DNA from: Mobula hypostoma
Taxonomy: Eukaryota
Length of the DNA stretch: 64,000 nucleotides
Reading direction: 5' to 3'
Assembly (NCBI RefSeq): GCF_963921235.1
Contig: NC_086109.1
Coordinates: forward strand, 38,132,001 to 38,196,000
Both the position numbers and the translations under genes were made by a program. Positions 50,476 to 62,760 of the stretch are shown here, in pieces; position 1 is the first letter of the stretch; each line of letters begins with the position of its first letter. The notes beneath the pieces were generated by a model, which did not search any database, was not told the origin of the DNA, and worked only from the letters and a program-made list of their open reading frames with translations.

Positions 50476-50957
50476 GTTAGGTATTATTCTACAGCTATCA
50501 CCTCTTGGTTTAGTCTCCTTTATTATATCTTTTCATTATTTTAGGACAAGACACTTAAGGTGACCATCAACATTTTTTTTAATTCTATAGGTGACCTATT
50601 CAATTATTCCTCAGACTTGTGATATTTTGGTTCTTGTACCACTGTGTGTATAATTTTTAAATCACCGCCAAAAAAACATGGTGAATATGAAGTGAATCTT
50701 CTTTAATAACATACAACTTTTAGACAGGGGCCGAATAATTAAGGAGCAGGGAACTATTTTCATTACTCTCCTTTTTTTCTCTCTGTTTACCTTAGTTTTT
50801 CTGCATTAAGCATACAAATGTAAGAAGAAAGCAGAATAGGGTAATCAACCCTTTGTGCCTGAACCATCATTCATCCTTGACACCATTTTCCAGCACAAAC
50901 ACATATTCGTTGATCCCAAAAATATCCAAAAATTTTTCATTCTTCATATTGTAGATG

Positions 50958-51555
50958 TGAGGGGTGGCTAATAAATTCGTGGCCTAAGGTAGAAGGAGGC
51001 AATTTTAGAAAACCTAGCACATTTATTTTTCAACATAGCCCCCTCCTACATTTACACACTTAGTCCAGCGGTCGTGGAGTATACAGATCTTGGATTTCCA
51101 GAAAGTGTCCACAGCAGGGGTGATTGATAAGTTCATGGCCTAAAGTAGAAGGAGAAGAGTTATACAGCTCTCTTTACATGCACACGCATTTCAACTCTTT
51201 GAGTGATTATGCAGAAAGTTTGAAGTTAATATCTCATCAAGGGTGATTGATAAGTTCATGGCATCCGGTAGAAGGAGATGCATTATTAACTTCAAACTTT
51301 CTGCATAATCACTCAGAGTTGAACTGCATGTACATGTAACGAGGGCTGTATAACTCATCTCCTTCTACCTTAGGCCACAAACTTATCAATCATCCCTGCT
51401 GCGGACACTTTCTGGAAATCCAAGATCCGTATGCTCCACAACCGCTGGACAAAGTGTGTAAATGTAGGAGGGGACTATGTTGCGAAATGAATGTGCTTGG
51501 TTTTCTAAAATTGACTCCTTCTACCTTAGGCCACGATCTTATCAATCATCCCTCG
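50958..51555. mobile_element. Palindromic mariner-like MITE with internally repeated terminal motifs
   Basis: Ends TGAGGGGTG...CATCCCTCG. The motif GGGGTGATTGATAAGTTCRTGGCCTAAGGTAGAAGGAG occurs three times forward (~50961, 51117, 51241) and twice in reverse (~51359-51397, ~51515-51553). Confidence 0.8.
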
Positions 51556-52434
51556 TGGTAAACAATATGAGCATCAATAACTTGTGCAAAGAATTCTAGT
51601 TGCTAACCACACTCAGCATGTCATCTCCGTAGTGGATGGCTGATTCATTGTTTTGAGATTGTGACCCCTGGTTTTAGACAAAGCAGCGGGTGGAAACATT
51701 ACCTTTGCATCTAATCTACTCAAGCCCAAATTTTATATGTCTCATTGAGATCACTTCATTTTTCTAAATATCACAGCACACTGACCAAATCAATTTATTC
51801 TTTCCTCATTAGGCATAGCCCTGATCTAACCAGTCATTTGGGTCCATCTTCATTGCATTCCTCTGTAGCAGATATGAAGTTCCTTTGGGAGATCAGAGCT
51901 GTACACAATAATCTAGGTGTGATACTTACAGGATCTGATATAGTTTCTGTTAGATGTATTTAATCATATACCTGTACTATATTCTCTTGTTATATTAGCT
52001 AACATCCTACTTATCTTCCTAATTGCTTGTTATACCTAAGCCTTGCAATCTGTATACAATGTTTTCAATATTTTTAACAAAAGTGGAAGGTCAAACATTC
52101 GACCTACATTATAGCAGGAGAAATCAGAGTGGGAAGAGTTGTAATTACTCAAGGGTGCTTCTTTTCAGTCCACAGTTAATTTAATTTTCCATCTTACTTT
52201 GGTTTGACTTTTGTCTTTGGTATCCTACTCTGATGCATTAAATCCTAATTTAAGTTTGAGAGTCATCCCCTCATCTCCTGATGATTCATGTTATTGCTCT
52301 CAGAATTTAGAATAGAATTTAAAACATTCAGATAACCAGCTTTTCTAATTTATATCATGATCTGTAGGTTCTAATGAAATGTCATCACCCTGCAGAATTA
52401 GTACTGTTTATTCTCTTTCTCTCTCTCTCTCTCT

Positions 52435-54432
52435 CTCTGCAGATGCTGCTTGAACTTTTCAATATTTCCACCAGAAACAAGCTGCTGGAGGAATGCAAAG
52501 CAACATACACAAAATGCTGGAGGAACTCAGCAGGCCAGGCAGCCTCTATGGAAAATAGTTTAATCGATGTTTTGGGCTAACACCCTTCATCAGAACCACT
52601 AATGAAGGGACTCGGCCCAAAACGTCGACTGTATTCTTTTCCATGCAGGCTGCCTGGCCTGCTGAGTTCCCCCAGCATTTTCTGCATGTTACTTAAATTT
52701 CCAGTATCTGCAGATTTTCTCATGTTTGTGCTGGAGGAACTCAGTAGGTCAAGCAGCATCTACGGATGCAAGGTGATGGCTGATATTTTGGGTTAAGACC
52801 CTGCACCATGATTACAAGTATTAATAGGAGACAGCCAGTATGAAGAGGTGAAGAGGTGGGGCAGAGGGATAAGGCAGGAGCTGGCAAACACTGGGTAGAT
52901 CCAGTGAGGAGGGGGTGATGGGAAGATGAGGATGGTGGGGGAGGGGGGACACTTTTGGAGATAGGGATAGAAACTGGATAGGTCAGAGGTGATAAGTGGA
53001 GATAACAAAGGACTGCAATTTTGGAGAACCAATAAAGACACGAGATTCTGCAAATGCTGGAAATCTTGACTCAGTCCCAAAATGTCCACTGTTTATTCCC
53101 CTTTGTAGATGCTGCCTGTCCTGCTGAGTTCCTCCAGTATTTTGTGTGTGGAACCAAATAAGGAGGGGTTGTGGGCAGATGGGGACAGTACAGAGGAGCG
53201 AATAGAGTACCTTGTGAATGAGTGTGAAGCTGATAGTCAGATAGAACCAGGTAGGGAGAGGAAAGAAACTGGATCATAGGGAATTGGGTATTGGGGGTGT
53301 ATGGGAAGGAAAGGGTTGTGTGAGAGGGACTGGGTGGATTATAAGGAGAGAGAGAAAGGAACAAAAGGTGTTCTTGGTTACCAAAAACTGAAATTATTGC
53401 TCATGCCATTAGATTGTAAACTACAGAGGCATAATATGAGGTTCTATTTCTCTTATTTATGCTTCACTTCACTCTGGTAGTGGAGCAAGCCAAGGTCAAT
53501 CAGGGTACAAATAGAAAAACGAAGGAGATAAAATTGTTTACAAATTTGAGATCAAGATGGCCACTAAGGACAAAGCGCAGATGTTCAGCAAAGTGGTTGC
53601 CCTGTTCTGTGCTTGATCTCACTGAAGTAAAGTAGGTCACATGGAGAGCACCAAGGGCAATGGACAAGGTTTGAGGAAGTGAATGTAAATATGTTCTTCT
53701 CTTGGAAGATCTGTTTAGGTCTCTGGATGGTGGTGAGAGAGGAGGTTTGATTCTAAATTATTTCTGGCATTCTGGCTTGTTTTAGTTTTCCCGAAATTTC
53801 ACAGTTCCACATTGCTTTTCCTGTCTTTCTCTGATCTGTTCACATTCATCTCCTGCTTGACAGATCAGCTACAATGAAAAAGGCTTCATGGCCCTCTCTC
53901 AGCCAGAGCCATCACCGCTGGTATCATTCAGTCAATCTCCATTCTATTGCCAATATTGCCTTTGTTCTCTCTCTCCCCACTATCCTCTCTGTATGGTTTC
54001 TGCGTTTTTCACTCTGTGGAGAGTGCCCAACAGTAGAGGGTGCTCTGTGTGTTGGATTTGTTCAGGATGGTGCCATTCCATTTATCTTTGCAACAAATAA
54101 CTGTGTGTAAGGTGTGAGAGAAACACAAAAACTCTCCACATTAATAAAATGAGATTAATAAAAAGAATCTTTTGTGTTCACATCTTGAAGAACAAAGGAA
54201 CTATTTCTCCCCCAGTTGGCTCCTTCTGCTCATAATTCCTCAGCCCTCTTCAGTCCACTTATCACCTATTGACTCCTGTCACAATTCTTCCCCTCTTCTC
54301 TTTGTACCAGCTATCTTCTTGCTCTGTCCTGATGTGGGGTTTGGACTTGAAATGTCACAGTCCCTTTCGCCCCACAAATGCTGCTTGACCCGGTTTGCTT
54401 TCACTCCAGATGCCAGCTCCTGCATTTTCCAT
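52435..54432. mobile_element. Cluster of Penelope-like termini and old Penelope fragments in alternating orientations
   Basis: gctggaggaactcag / ctgagttcctccag blocks recur on both strands. Decayed hammerheads at ~52563-52596 (-), ~52599-52631 (+) and ~54326-54360 (+). Confidence 0.7.
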
Positions 54433-54659
54433 GTCTCCAAAAAATTATGTTATTGCTATTCACTAGCAACAGTAAGAAGCTGCTGTTTGTGTTACTGAAG
54501 AAGATTTGAAGTTCAAATCAAATCAAATTAAATTATCTCCCAACCATACCTGGATAGAGCGGAACCGTCTTGCATTCCTCCGTTCCCCAGGGGGCCATGG
54601 AGCAAAACACACGCAGCCCACTTAAAATAGAGAGCAAAAAAAGATGTAAAAAAGACACA

Positions 54660-55165
54660 TATCAAAGTTCAAAGTCAATTTTATTATCAAAGTACATATA
54701 TGTCACCATATACAACCCAACAATTTATTTTCCTGTGGGCATACTCAGCAAATTTACAGAACAGAAACCATAACAGGATCAATGGAAGATCAACCAGAGT
54801 GCAAACGGTAACAAAGTGTGCAAATGCAAATATAAATAAATGGCAATAAGTAATGAGAACATGAGATTCTGAGATGAAGAGTCCTTAAAGTGAGATCATT
54901 GGTTGTAGAAACATTACAATGATGGGCCATGTGAGTGCAATTATCCCCTTTTATTCAAGAGCCTGATAGTTGAGGCATAATAACTTGAATCTGGTAGTGT
55001 GAGTCCTGAGGCTTTTGCACCTTCTACCTAATGGCAGTAGCGAGAAGAGAGCATGACCTAGGTAGTGGAGATCTCTGAGTGATGGATGCTGCTTTCCTAC
55101 AACAGCACTTCATTTCTACGTGCTCAGTGGTTGGGAGGGCTTTACTCCTGATGTACTGGGTCCAT
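54660..55165 (-). mobile_element. Rex1-like LINE 3' end
   Basis: tcaagagcctgatagttgagg and gagaagagagcatgacctagg are similar to other Rex1-like 3' ends in the window. Confidence 0.55.
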
Positions 55166-57129
55166 CTTTTATTTCATTGAAATGAATGGGCATCTGATTA
55201 CTGCTAATGGAAAAAAAATTAACAGATTGTGGTTGAACTTAACTGTGATAAGGTTCTGAGTGGGTGATGCAAATTCTGCTCATGTCATCATAATACCCAT
55301 TTCCTCTGTCAATGGCTGTTGAGAACTGATGTCACGTTAAGAAAATCTGCAAGGCCCAGATGAAACATTCATAATCCATTACTATAATAAAGACTATTTT
55401 AGAATAATTTTTCATAAGAAGCTCCATTGAGCCATATAAGAACCAATTTTGATTTCATCCACTGATACCTCAAATTGTAATTGCATTCTTTGACTGTCAT
55501 GGAAGCTGAATAATGTGTTAATAGGATGTTTCTTCCTGACCATAAGACAACTGCTGTGAATGTTCCAAATAACTGGAAGCAGGCACATGGATAAAACAGT
55601 AATTTAGTCATAATTCATGGATTGCAGCGTCGGGTTCACTGGTAAAATAGGAGAACTGACTTCCTTTCATTGTACATTTTGATGCTTCAATATACATGTG
55701 AAAAATAATTTTTTTTCCAACACTACTGTTAGGAGAAACAAGAATCTAAGATCAAAATGGAGAATGTGGGAAGAATGCAGGCATCAATATATAAAAAAAT
55801 GTTTCCTTCCCAAAGCTCCTGCTGAAGATGTTGAGCATCTTCAACAATTCATGTTGTAATTCAATAAGTCACAGATCTTTGCTTTCAAAACAAGAAGTTG
55901 TTTGGCATAAACCTCATGCTTTTCTTTTTTTTTTACTTCATATTGCATGGATTGGGCAACAAAACATCAGCTATTTACTCCAACAGTATCACATGAGCAT
56001 TACCCAATGCTATTTTATCTAACCTCATCAACACACACAACAATTCCTTCCTCTGTTTACTTCACAGCAACTAAAATATATCATTGCTACTTGCTTTAGC
56101 ATTGGTTAATGATATTTTGGACCAATGACATCCAATACATACCATGATGAACCTACACTAAAGACCAAAGACCACTGAGCACAATATTAACCTATTGGAG
56201 TTTAAAGATTTTGCATGATGAATATTTATCTACTATTTAAATCATGTAGCCTGTGTAGAGAAAATGTTACATCCTCTCTAAACTACCTCTCCATCCAACA
56301 TCTCTATTCTTTGGGCCGGACAGAACAAATTTAAATGGACTCTCTACCTGACTAAAAGTTAAAGTGTGACATCTAGTACCATGAGAGTTCTGGTGCTTTT
56401 CAGTTATATATCTCTATGTTGAATGTGCAAGTACATTAGTTAGTGTTCCATGTCCGATATCCACTTTTATAAAATTGCTACATTTTATAATGTTCTACAA
56501 AATGATTTGGGAATATTTTCAAAAGTTTTAGTTTCCTGTTCAGAAATTAGTTATGTACATAGTCTGTGAAAACCCAACCAAATTTTAAAGCTGTATCAAG
56601 AGGTTCTGCTACACGGGCGATACCACCGCATGACCAATTGCATTCACATTATGCCTTTAGAATAGAATAACATCTGAGGATTGTTTATAGAAATGAAAAT
56701 ACCAATAGATTCAGGCTTAGAATGGCTACTGTGCTCTAACTTTTTCAACATGTATTATCTGGCTTGCAGATTGGAATGCCGACACCTGCAAATTCATTGC
56801 AGAAGGATCCCGAATGTGAGGACAAACATTTCAGTGGGCTGAACTGACAGATTCTTTGAACTTGAACATAATGCATGATGGCAAATTACTTGCAAGGCGA
56901 GACAAGGTAACAAATACTTTTGGAGAACTTTTTTCAGAGAATGAATCCAAGAAGTTTATTTGGAAATAATTAACTTAATTTGACCTTTCACCTTATTCAG
57001 AATTTGGTAACCAAATCAGAATTAGGTTTAATATCACCAGAATATGTCGTGAAACTTGTTAAATTTGTGGCAGCAGTACAATGCAATACATGATAAATAT
57101 AGAAAAAATATTGAATTACAGTGTGTGTG

Positions 57130-57170
<41 letters not shown>

Positions 57171-57188
57171 TGTGTGTATATAGTGTAT

Positions 57189-57373
57189 GGGGTGTCAGGG
57201 AGGGGTAGAACCTCTGGTGGGGGAACACGTCGCATCCTTTTCAAGGCAGTTAGTCCACCTCTGGTCCCCACCTGACACTCAGCTCTCACCTGTGGCTTCC
57301 CGTAGCTGTTTGCATGCGACAGCGGCCACACCCCAGGCAACGGCTTCGACAAACTGGCTAAACCAGGTGAGGG
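57189..57373 (+). ncRNA. HDV-like (double-pseudoknot) ribozyme fold with a hairpin inserted in L3
   Basis: P1 GGGGTGT/ACACCCC; P2 CTCTCACCTG/CAGGTGAGGG; P3 GGC/GCC; L3 TTCCCGT plus hairpin; AG GCAAC; P4; GGCTAA. Confidence 0.7.
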
Positions 57374-57737
57374 TAGCTGATGGGTCTCAAACCCTCGGTG
57401 AGACGGAGTTGTCCATCCCAGCATATGAAGACAGACTCCGGCGGATTGAGCGGACGAGACCAATGGAAGGTCCAATGGTCAAGAAGACGGTCTCTGCAAG
57501 CATTATGGAACATGTAGAGCAGGACAAGACACAGAAGACATCCTGGTCATCCACTGCGCCTAGTCCCATCTGCAGCCGTCTGGACTCTGTCTTGCCACTG
57601 GATCCAGATGGGAACCGGGAAGAGAGAGTGAGGCTGACGCTGCGCAACTCTCCCTCACTTAAATCCAAATCACGTGTTGGTCTCGACACCATCAAATGGT
57701 GTCGAGGTCCTCATTGATGTCGACAATGGACGAACAC
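57189..57737 (+). mobile_element. Non-coding, SINE-like retroelement with a 5' HDV-like ribozyme fold and an RTE-like 3' end
   Basis: GC/CpG-rich block inside a TA/TG microsatellite. Its 3' end TCATTGATGTCGACAATGGACGAAC resembles the RTE 3' end TCATCAGATTTCAATGGACAAC (minus strand, 9858-9879). Confidence 0.65.
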
Positions 57738-59132
57738 ATATATATACACACACAGGCTATATTAAATTAACTAGTGCGAATACAGATATTTTAAAAAAAG
57801 TAGAGATAGAGTTCATGGGTTCAACATTCATTTAGAATTCGCATAGTGAGGGAAGAAGCTGTTCTTGAATTGCTGTGTGCCTTCAGGCTTCTGTACCTCC
57901 TTCCTGATGGTAACAATGAGAAGAGGGCAAGTCCTGGGTGGTGGGGGTCTTTGATGATGGAAGCTGCTTTTCTGAGACATTGCACCTTGAAGATGTCTTG
58001 GAAATGACGGAGACTAGTACCCATGATGGAGCTGTTTAATTTTGGAACTCTCTGCAGCTACATCGACCCTGTGCAGTACAGCACCCCCACTACCACACCA
58101 TACCAGACGGTGATGCAGCCAGACAGAGTACTTTTCACGGTACAGCTGTAGAAGTTTTTGGGTGTTTAGGTGACAAACCAAATCTTCTTAAACTCCTGAT
58201 GGAAATATAGTCACTGATTTGCCTTCTTTATATTTGCGTCGATATGTTGGTACCAGGTTAGATCTTCAGAGGTATTGACAGCCAGGAACTTTAAATTGCT
58301 CACTCTCTCCACTTCTGCTCCATCTATGAAGGTTATTATGTAATCCCTCATCTTATCCTCCTTTGTCTGAAATCCACAATCAGCTCTTTCATCTTACTGA
58401 CTTTGAGTACAAGGCAGTTGCTGTGACACCACTCAATCGGCTGCTATGTCTCCCTCTTGCACACCCTCTCATCACCATCTGAGATTCTGCCAACAATGGT
58501 TGCGTCATTGGCAAACTTATATACGGCATTTGAGTTGTGCCTAGCCACGCAGTCATGAGTATAGAGAGAGTAGAGCAGTGGGCTAAGCACACATCCCAAG
58601 GTGCACCAGTGTGTCAAATGTCAAATGTCCCACAATACAATTACAGCTTCCCTTCATCTTGCAATACTATAGCGTGCATTCTGTGTAGGCAATTCCAAGA
58701 TTCTAGATGATACTAAGGGACAAAGTTTAATTACACGGCTATGTTGGCTGCCAGTGGCAAGAGCTTGTGGACTCCAATGCAAAACATTTCCAAGAAATTT
58801 GCAACATATAACCAAGCATGACCTAAGTGTTAATTAAAGTTCACGCATCTTTGAATCATTATTTAACACCCTATGCATCTTTTAGGTCTGTGGCTCTAAG
58901 TGTACTAAATAAAAACTGCAACCCAATGAAATTTCACGTTTATTTTCAGAGTTCTCAATCAACTGGGTCACACCCTTTTAAGTGGAGATGCATGAATTTC
59001 AGGGAAGCATTCATATCGCTACACTACAGTTACAGCAAATGCTTGCCTGGAACAGGAGATGAGCAGCAGAACAAAGAAATCTCACTGGAACACAATGAAG
59101 GAAAATAGGAGCAGGAATAGGCCACCTAAATT

Positions 59133-61713
59133 TCTAGGTGTTCCATTACATTCTGTTCCATCCCCTCTGACCTTCTGAGGCAGAACGTTCTGTCCTTAGC
59201 AAGGGTCTCATTTTTGTCCCCCTCCGTCCACACCTCACTGAGTTCCGTGCCCGCCATGACGTTGAACTCTTCTTCCATCGCCTACGTCTCCGAGCCTACT
59301 TCTTTGGCAAGGATTCCCCTCCCCCTACTGATGACCCCTTCTCCTGTCTTCAACCCTCCTCCTCCTCCTGGACACCCCGCCCGGGCCTTCTACCTGCACT
59401 CTATCTCTTCATCTCCAACTGTCGCCGAGACATCAACCGTCTCAACTTCACCACTCCTCTCTCCTGTTCCAACCTCACTCCCTCTGAACGCACTGCTCTC
59501 CACTCTCTCCGCACTAATCCCAACCTCACCATCAAACCCACTGACAAAGGTGATGCTGTAGTAGTCTGGTGGACGGACCTCTACCTCACTGAGGCCAAAC
59601 GGTAGCTCTCTGACACCACCTCTTACTTACCCCTGGAACAGGACACCACCAAAAAACATCAAACCGTTGTCTCCCGTACCATCACCGCCCGTATCAACTC
59701 CGGAGACCTTCCATCCTCAGCCACTAAACTCATTATTCCCACACCCCGCACCGCTCGGTTTTACCTCCTCCCCAAGATCCACAAGCCTGATTGTCCCGGT
59801 AGACCCATAGTTTCTGCTAGCTCCTGTCCAACCGAACTTGTATCTGCCTACCTGGACTCCATTTGCCACCCATAGTTCAGTCCCACCTACATTCGGGATA
59901 CATCCCATGCCCTCCACCTCTTCAATAACTTCCAGTTCCCCCGTCCCAACCACTTCATTTTCACTATGGATGTCTAATCCCTATTCACCTCCATTCCTCA
60001 TCAAGAAGGCCTCAAAGCCCTCCGCTACTTTCTGAATAATAGACCTCACCAGTTCCCCACCACCACTACCCTCCTCCAGTTGGCGGAACTGGATCTCACA
60101 CTCAATAACTTCTCTTTTGGCTCTTCCCACTTTCTTCATACTAAGGGTGTAGCTATGGGAACTCGCATGGGCCCGAGCTATGCCTGCCTTTTTGTTGTTT
60201 ATGTGGAACAGTCTGTGCTCCAAATCTATTCTGGTACTGCTCCCAACTTTTCCTTCAGTGCATTGACGATAAACATTGGTGCTGCTTCCTGCACCCATGC
60301 TGAGCTCGTCAATTTCATCGACTTTACTTCTAACTTCCACCCAGCCCTCAATTTCACTTGGTCTATCTTGGACACTTCTCTCCCCTTTCTCGATCTGTCG
60401 GTCTCCATCTCTGGAGACAGACTGTCCACTGACATCTTCTACAAGCCCACTGACTCTCATAACTACCCCATCTATACCTCTTCCCACCTCGCCACATGCA
60501 AAAATCCCATTCCCTATTTCTCCATCTCCACCGCATCTGCTCCGAGGATGAGGTTTTCTGTTCCAGGACATCTCAAATGCCCTCTTTTTTTAAGGATCGT
60601 GGTTTCCCTTCTGCTGTCATCAATGATGCCCTTACCCACATCTCCTCCATTTCCCGCACTTCGGCTCTCACTCCATCCTCCCGCCACCACAACAGGGACA
60701 GAGTTCCCCTTCTCCTCACCTACCACCCCACCAGCCTCCGGATCCAGCACATTATCCTCCGCAACTTCCGCCACCTTCAACAGGACCCCACCACTAAGCA
60801 CATCTTTCCCTCTCTACCCCTCTCCGCTTTCTGCAGGGATCCGTCCCTCCGCGACTCCCTGGTCCACACGTCGCTCCCCACGGATGTCCCACCTGGCACT
60901 TATCTCTGTAAGCGCAAGCGCTACACCTGTCCCTACACCTCCACTCTTGCCACTATTCAGGGCCCCAAACAGTCCTTCCAAGTGAGGCAACACTTCACTT
61001 GTGAGTCTGTTGGGGTCATCTATTGCATCCAGTGCACCCGGTGTGGCCCCCTCTACATCGGTGAAACCCAACGCAGATTGGGGGACTGCTTCGTTGAGCA
61101 CCTCCTCTGAGCACCTCCGCTCCGTCTGCCAAAACAGACAGGATCTCCCGGTAGCCACCCACTTCAACTCTGCTTCCCACTCCCATTCAGATATGTCCAT
61201 ACATGTCCTCCTCTACTGCCATGATGAGGCTCAACTCTGGTTGGAGGAGCAACACCTCATATACCATCTAGGTAGTCTCCAGCCCCTTGGTATCAACATA
61301 GAATTCTCCAACTTCCGGTAATTCCCTCCCCCTCCCTTCCCCTATCCCTATGTCACTCTGCCCCCTCCCCCAGCTGCCTATCACCTCCTTCATGGTTCCG
61401 CCTCCTTCTACTACCCATTGTGTTTTCTCCTATTCTTTCTTCACCTTTCCTGCCTATTACCTCCCTGCCTCCCCTCCTCCATCCCTTTATCTTTCCCCTT
61501 ACTGGTTTTTCACCTGGAATCTACCAGCTTTCTCCTTCCCACCCTTCCCCCCACCTTCTTTATAGGGCCTCTTCCCCTTCCCTCTTCAGTCCTGATGAAG
61601 GGTTCCAGCCTGAAACGTCGACCGATCTTTTCCACGGATGCTGCCCGACCTGCTGACTTCCTCCAGTGTGTTGTGAGTGTTGCTTTGACCCCAGCATCTG
61701 AAGATTACTTTTT
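59133..61713 (+). mobile_element. Long Penelope-like element (RT and GIY-YIG endonuclease), frameshifted
   Basis: FYLLPKIHKP..GRPIVS at ~59758, KGVAMGTRMGPSYACLF, LPFLDL..TDIFYKPTDSH and VIYCIQCTRCGPLYIGETQRRL. Possible degenerate TSD GCCACCTAAATT (59121-59132) / GTCACCTCAATT (61714-61725). Confidence 0.93.
61587..61624 (+). ncRNA. Minimal type-I hammerhead ribozyme motif, core intact
   Basis: CAGTC CTGATGA A GGG TTCCAG CCT GAAA CGTC GACCG. Confidence 0.75.
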
Positions 61714-62035
61714 GTCACCTCAATTACAACCCCTTTGCCTTCCACACCTCAAAGCTGGTCCTACCACATCTAGTTTTAGCAGTAGTGCAAAGAAGGGCTA
61801 ATTATGAGTCTAGTTATCATTTGGTTATTCAGTTTCATTTTAGACAGTGCAAAGGACATCTTGTGCCATATGGACAGGAAGAATATCACCACAAATTGCT
61901 GCTGTGTGAGGAGACTATCCCCTAGCATTGCCCTCCAGAGCAAATGAGCTAATTTTAGGAACAAGGAAAGTTATGTCGGGCCAGGAGTTAGTCATTTCTC
62001 TAGCAATCAGAAAAGCAGGTGAAAAACATCTCATG

Positions 62036-62760
62036 TGTAAGGGGTTTCTTCTTTTATGTTACTGCTAAGGCTAATAAAATGGCTTCTTTGTTATGTTAGA
62101 ATAAAATGGCTTCTCTGTGATGTTAACTGTTGAGACAGTGGTTCTCTCTCTAGCAGCTTGTTTGGGTTATAATTACAGATAACGAGAATTGTATTCATTT
62201 GCTAACCAACTGGGATAAATATTATTCTTTCTTGTGTGTCTGTAAGCTATTGTTTTTGTGGGGTTTGGGCAGAAGGCGCAATGGGGACAGAGAGAGGAGA
62301 CGCAATGCTGTAAGCGGGGCGACAGAATGGACCCCGAGTGGGAGTCCAAGGCCCAGGGTCTTCGACAAGGAGAGGAGATGAGGACAGACTCATGTGGAGC
62401 GTCTGGTCGACCACCATGGTTGATCCCAGGTGGCGGGTCGAGGTGGTCGGAGGGGATTGAATGGTGGAAAGAGGACTCCGTTAATTGAGCTCCAACTGTT
62501 GTGCACGAAGTGGTTGAACTCTGATAAGTTTGGTGCCTTTTACTTTCCTTTTATATTTTATCTCTATTAATTACATAGTTCCAGTAAGATCTATAAAGTG
62601 TAATCATTTAGTCACATATGGCGTATTGTCTGTTATTTGGCGTGGTGGGGTACATCACACAGCATCCACACAAACTCGATTACAGAGTTTGGCGGGCCGA
62701 AGGCTGCTCTCCCTAGACGGAAGCGAGCTGAGCGAGCCTGAGGCTTACCAGGGGGCTACA
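62036..62760. mobile_element. Probable solo LTR (725 bp)
   Basis: TGTA...TACA termini, flanks CATG/AATG (imperfect 4-bp TSD), and a CpG-richer interior with short internal repeats. Confidence 0.6.

Larger units (their letters stand above)
57015..58612 (-). mobile_element. Rex1-like LINE fragment whose 3' UTR microsatellite hosts the 57189-57737 insertion
   Basis: ORF 57821-58024 (CLRKAASIIKDPHHPGLALFSLLPSGRRYRSL); KFANDA motif near 58510; tail aatcagaattag. Confidence 0.85.

Noticed and set aside
50961..51553. Regularly spaced ~38-bp repeats resembling a CRISPR array
   Set aside because: Eukaryotic context, both orientations, related spacers and no cas genes; a MITE explains them.
57187..57717. 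176-aa ORF spanning the SINE-like element
   Set aside because: No recognisable domain, and it overlaps a GC-rich structured RNA, so it is probably incidental.
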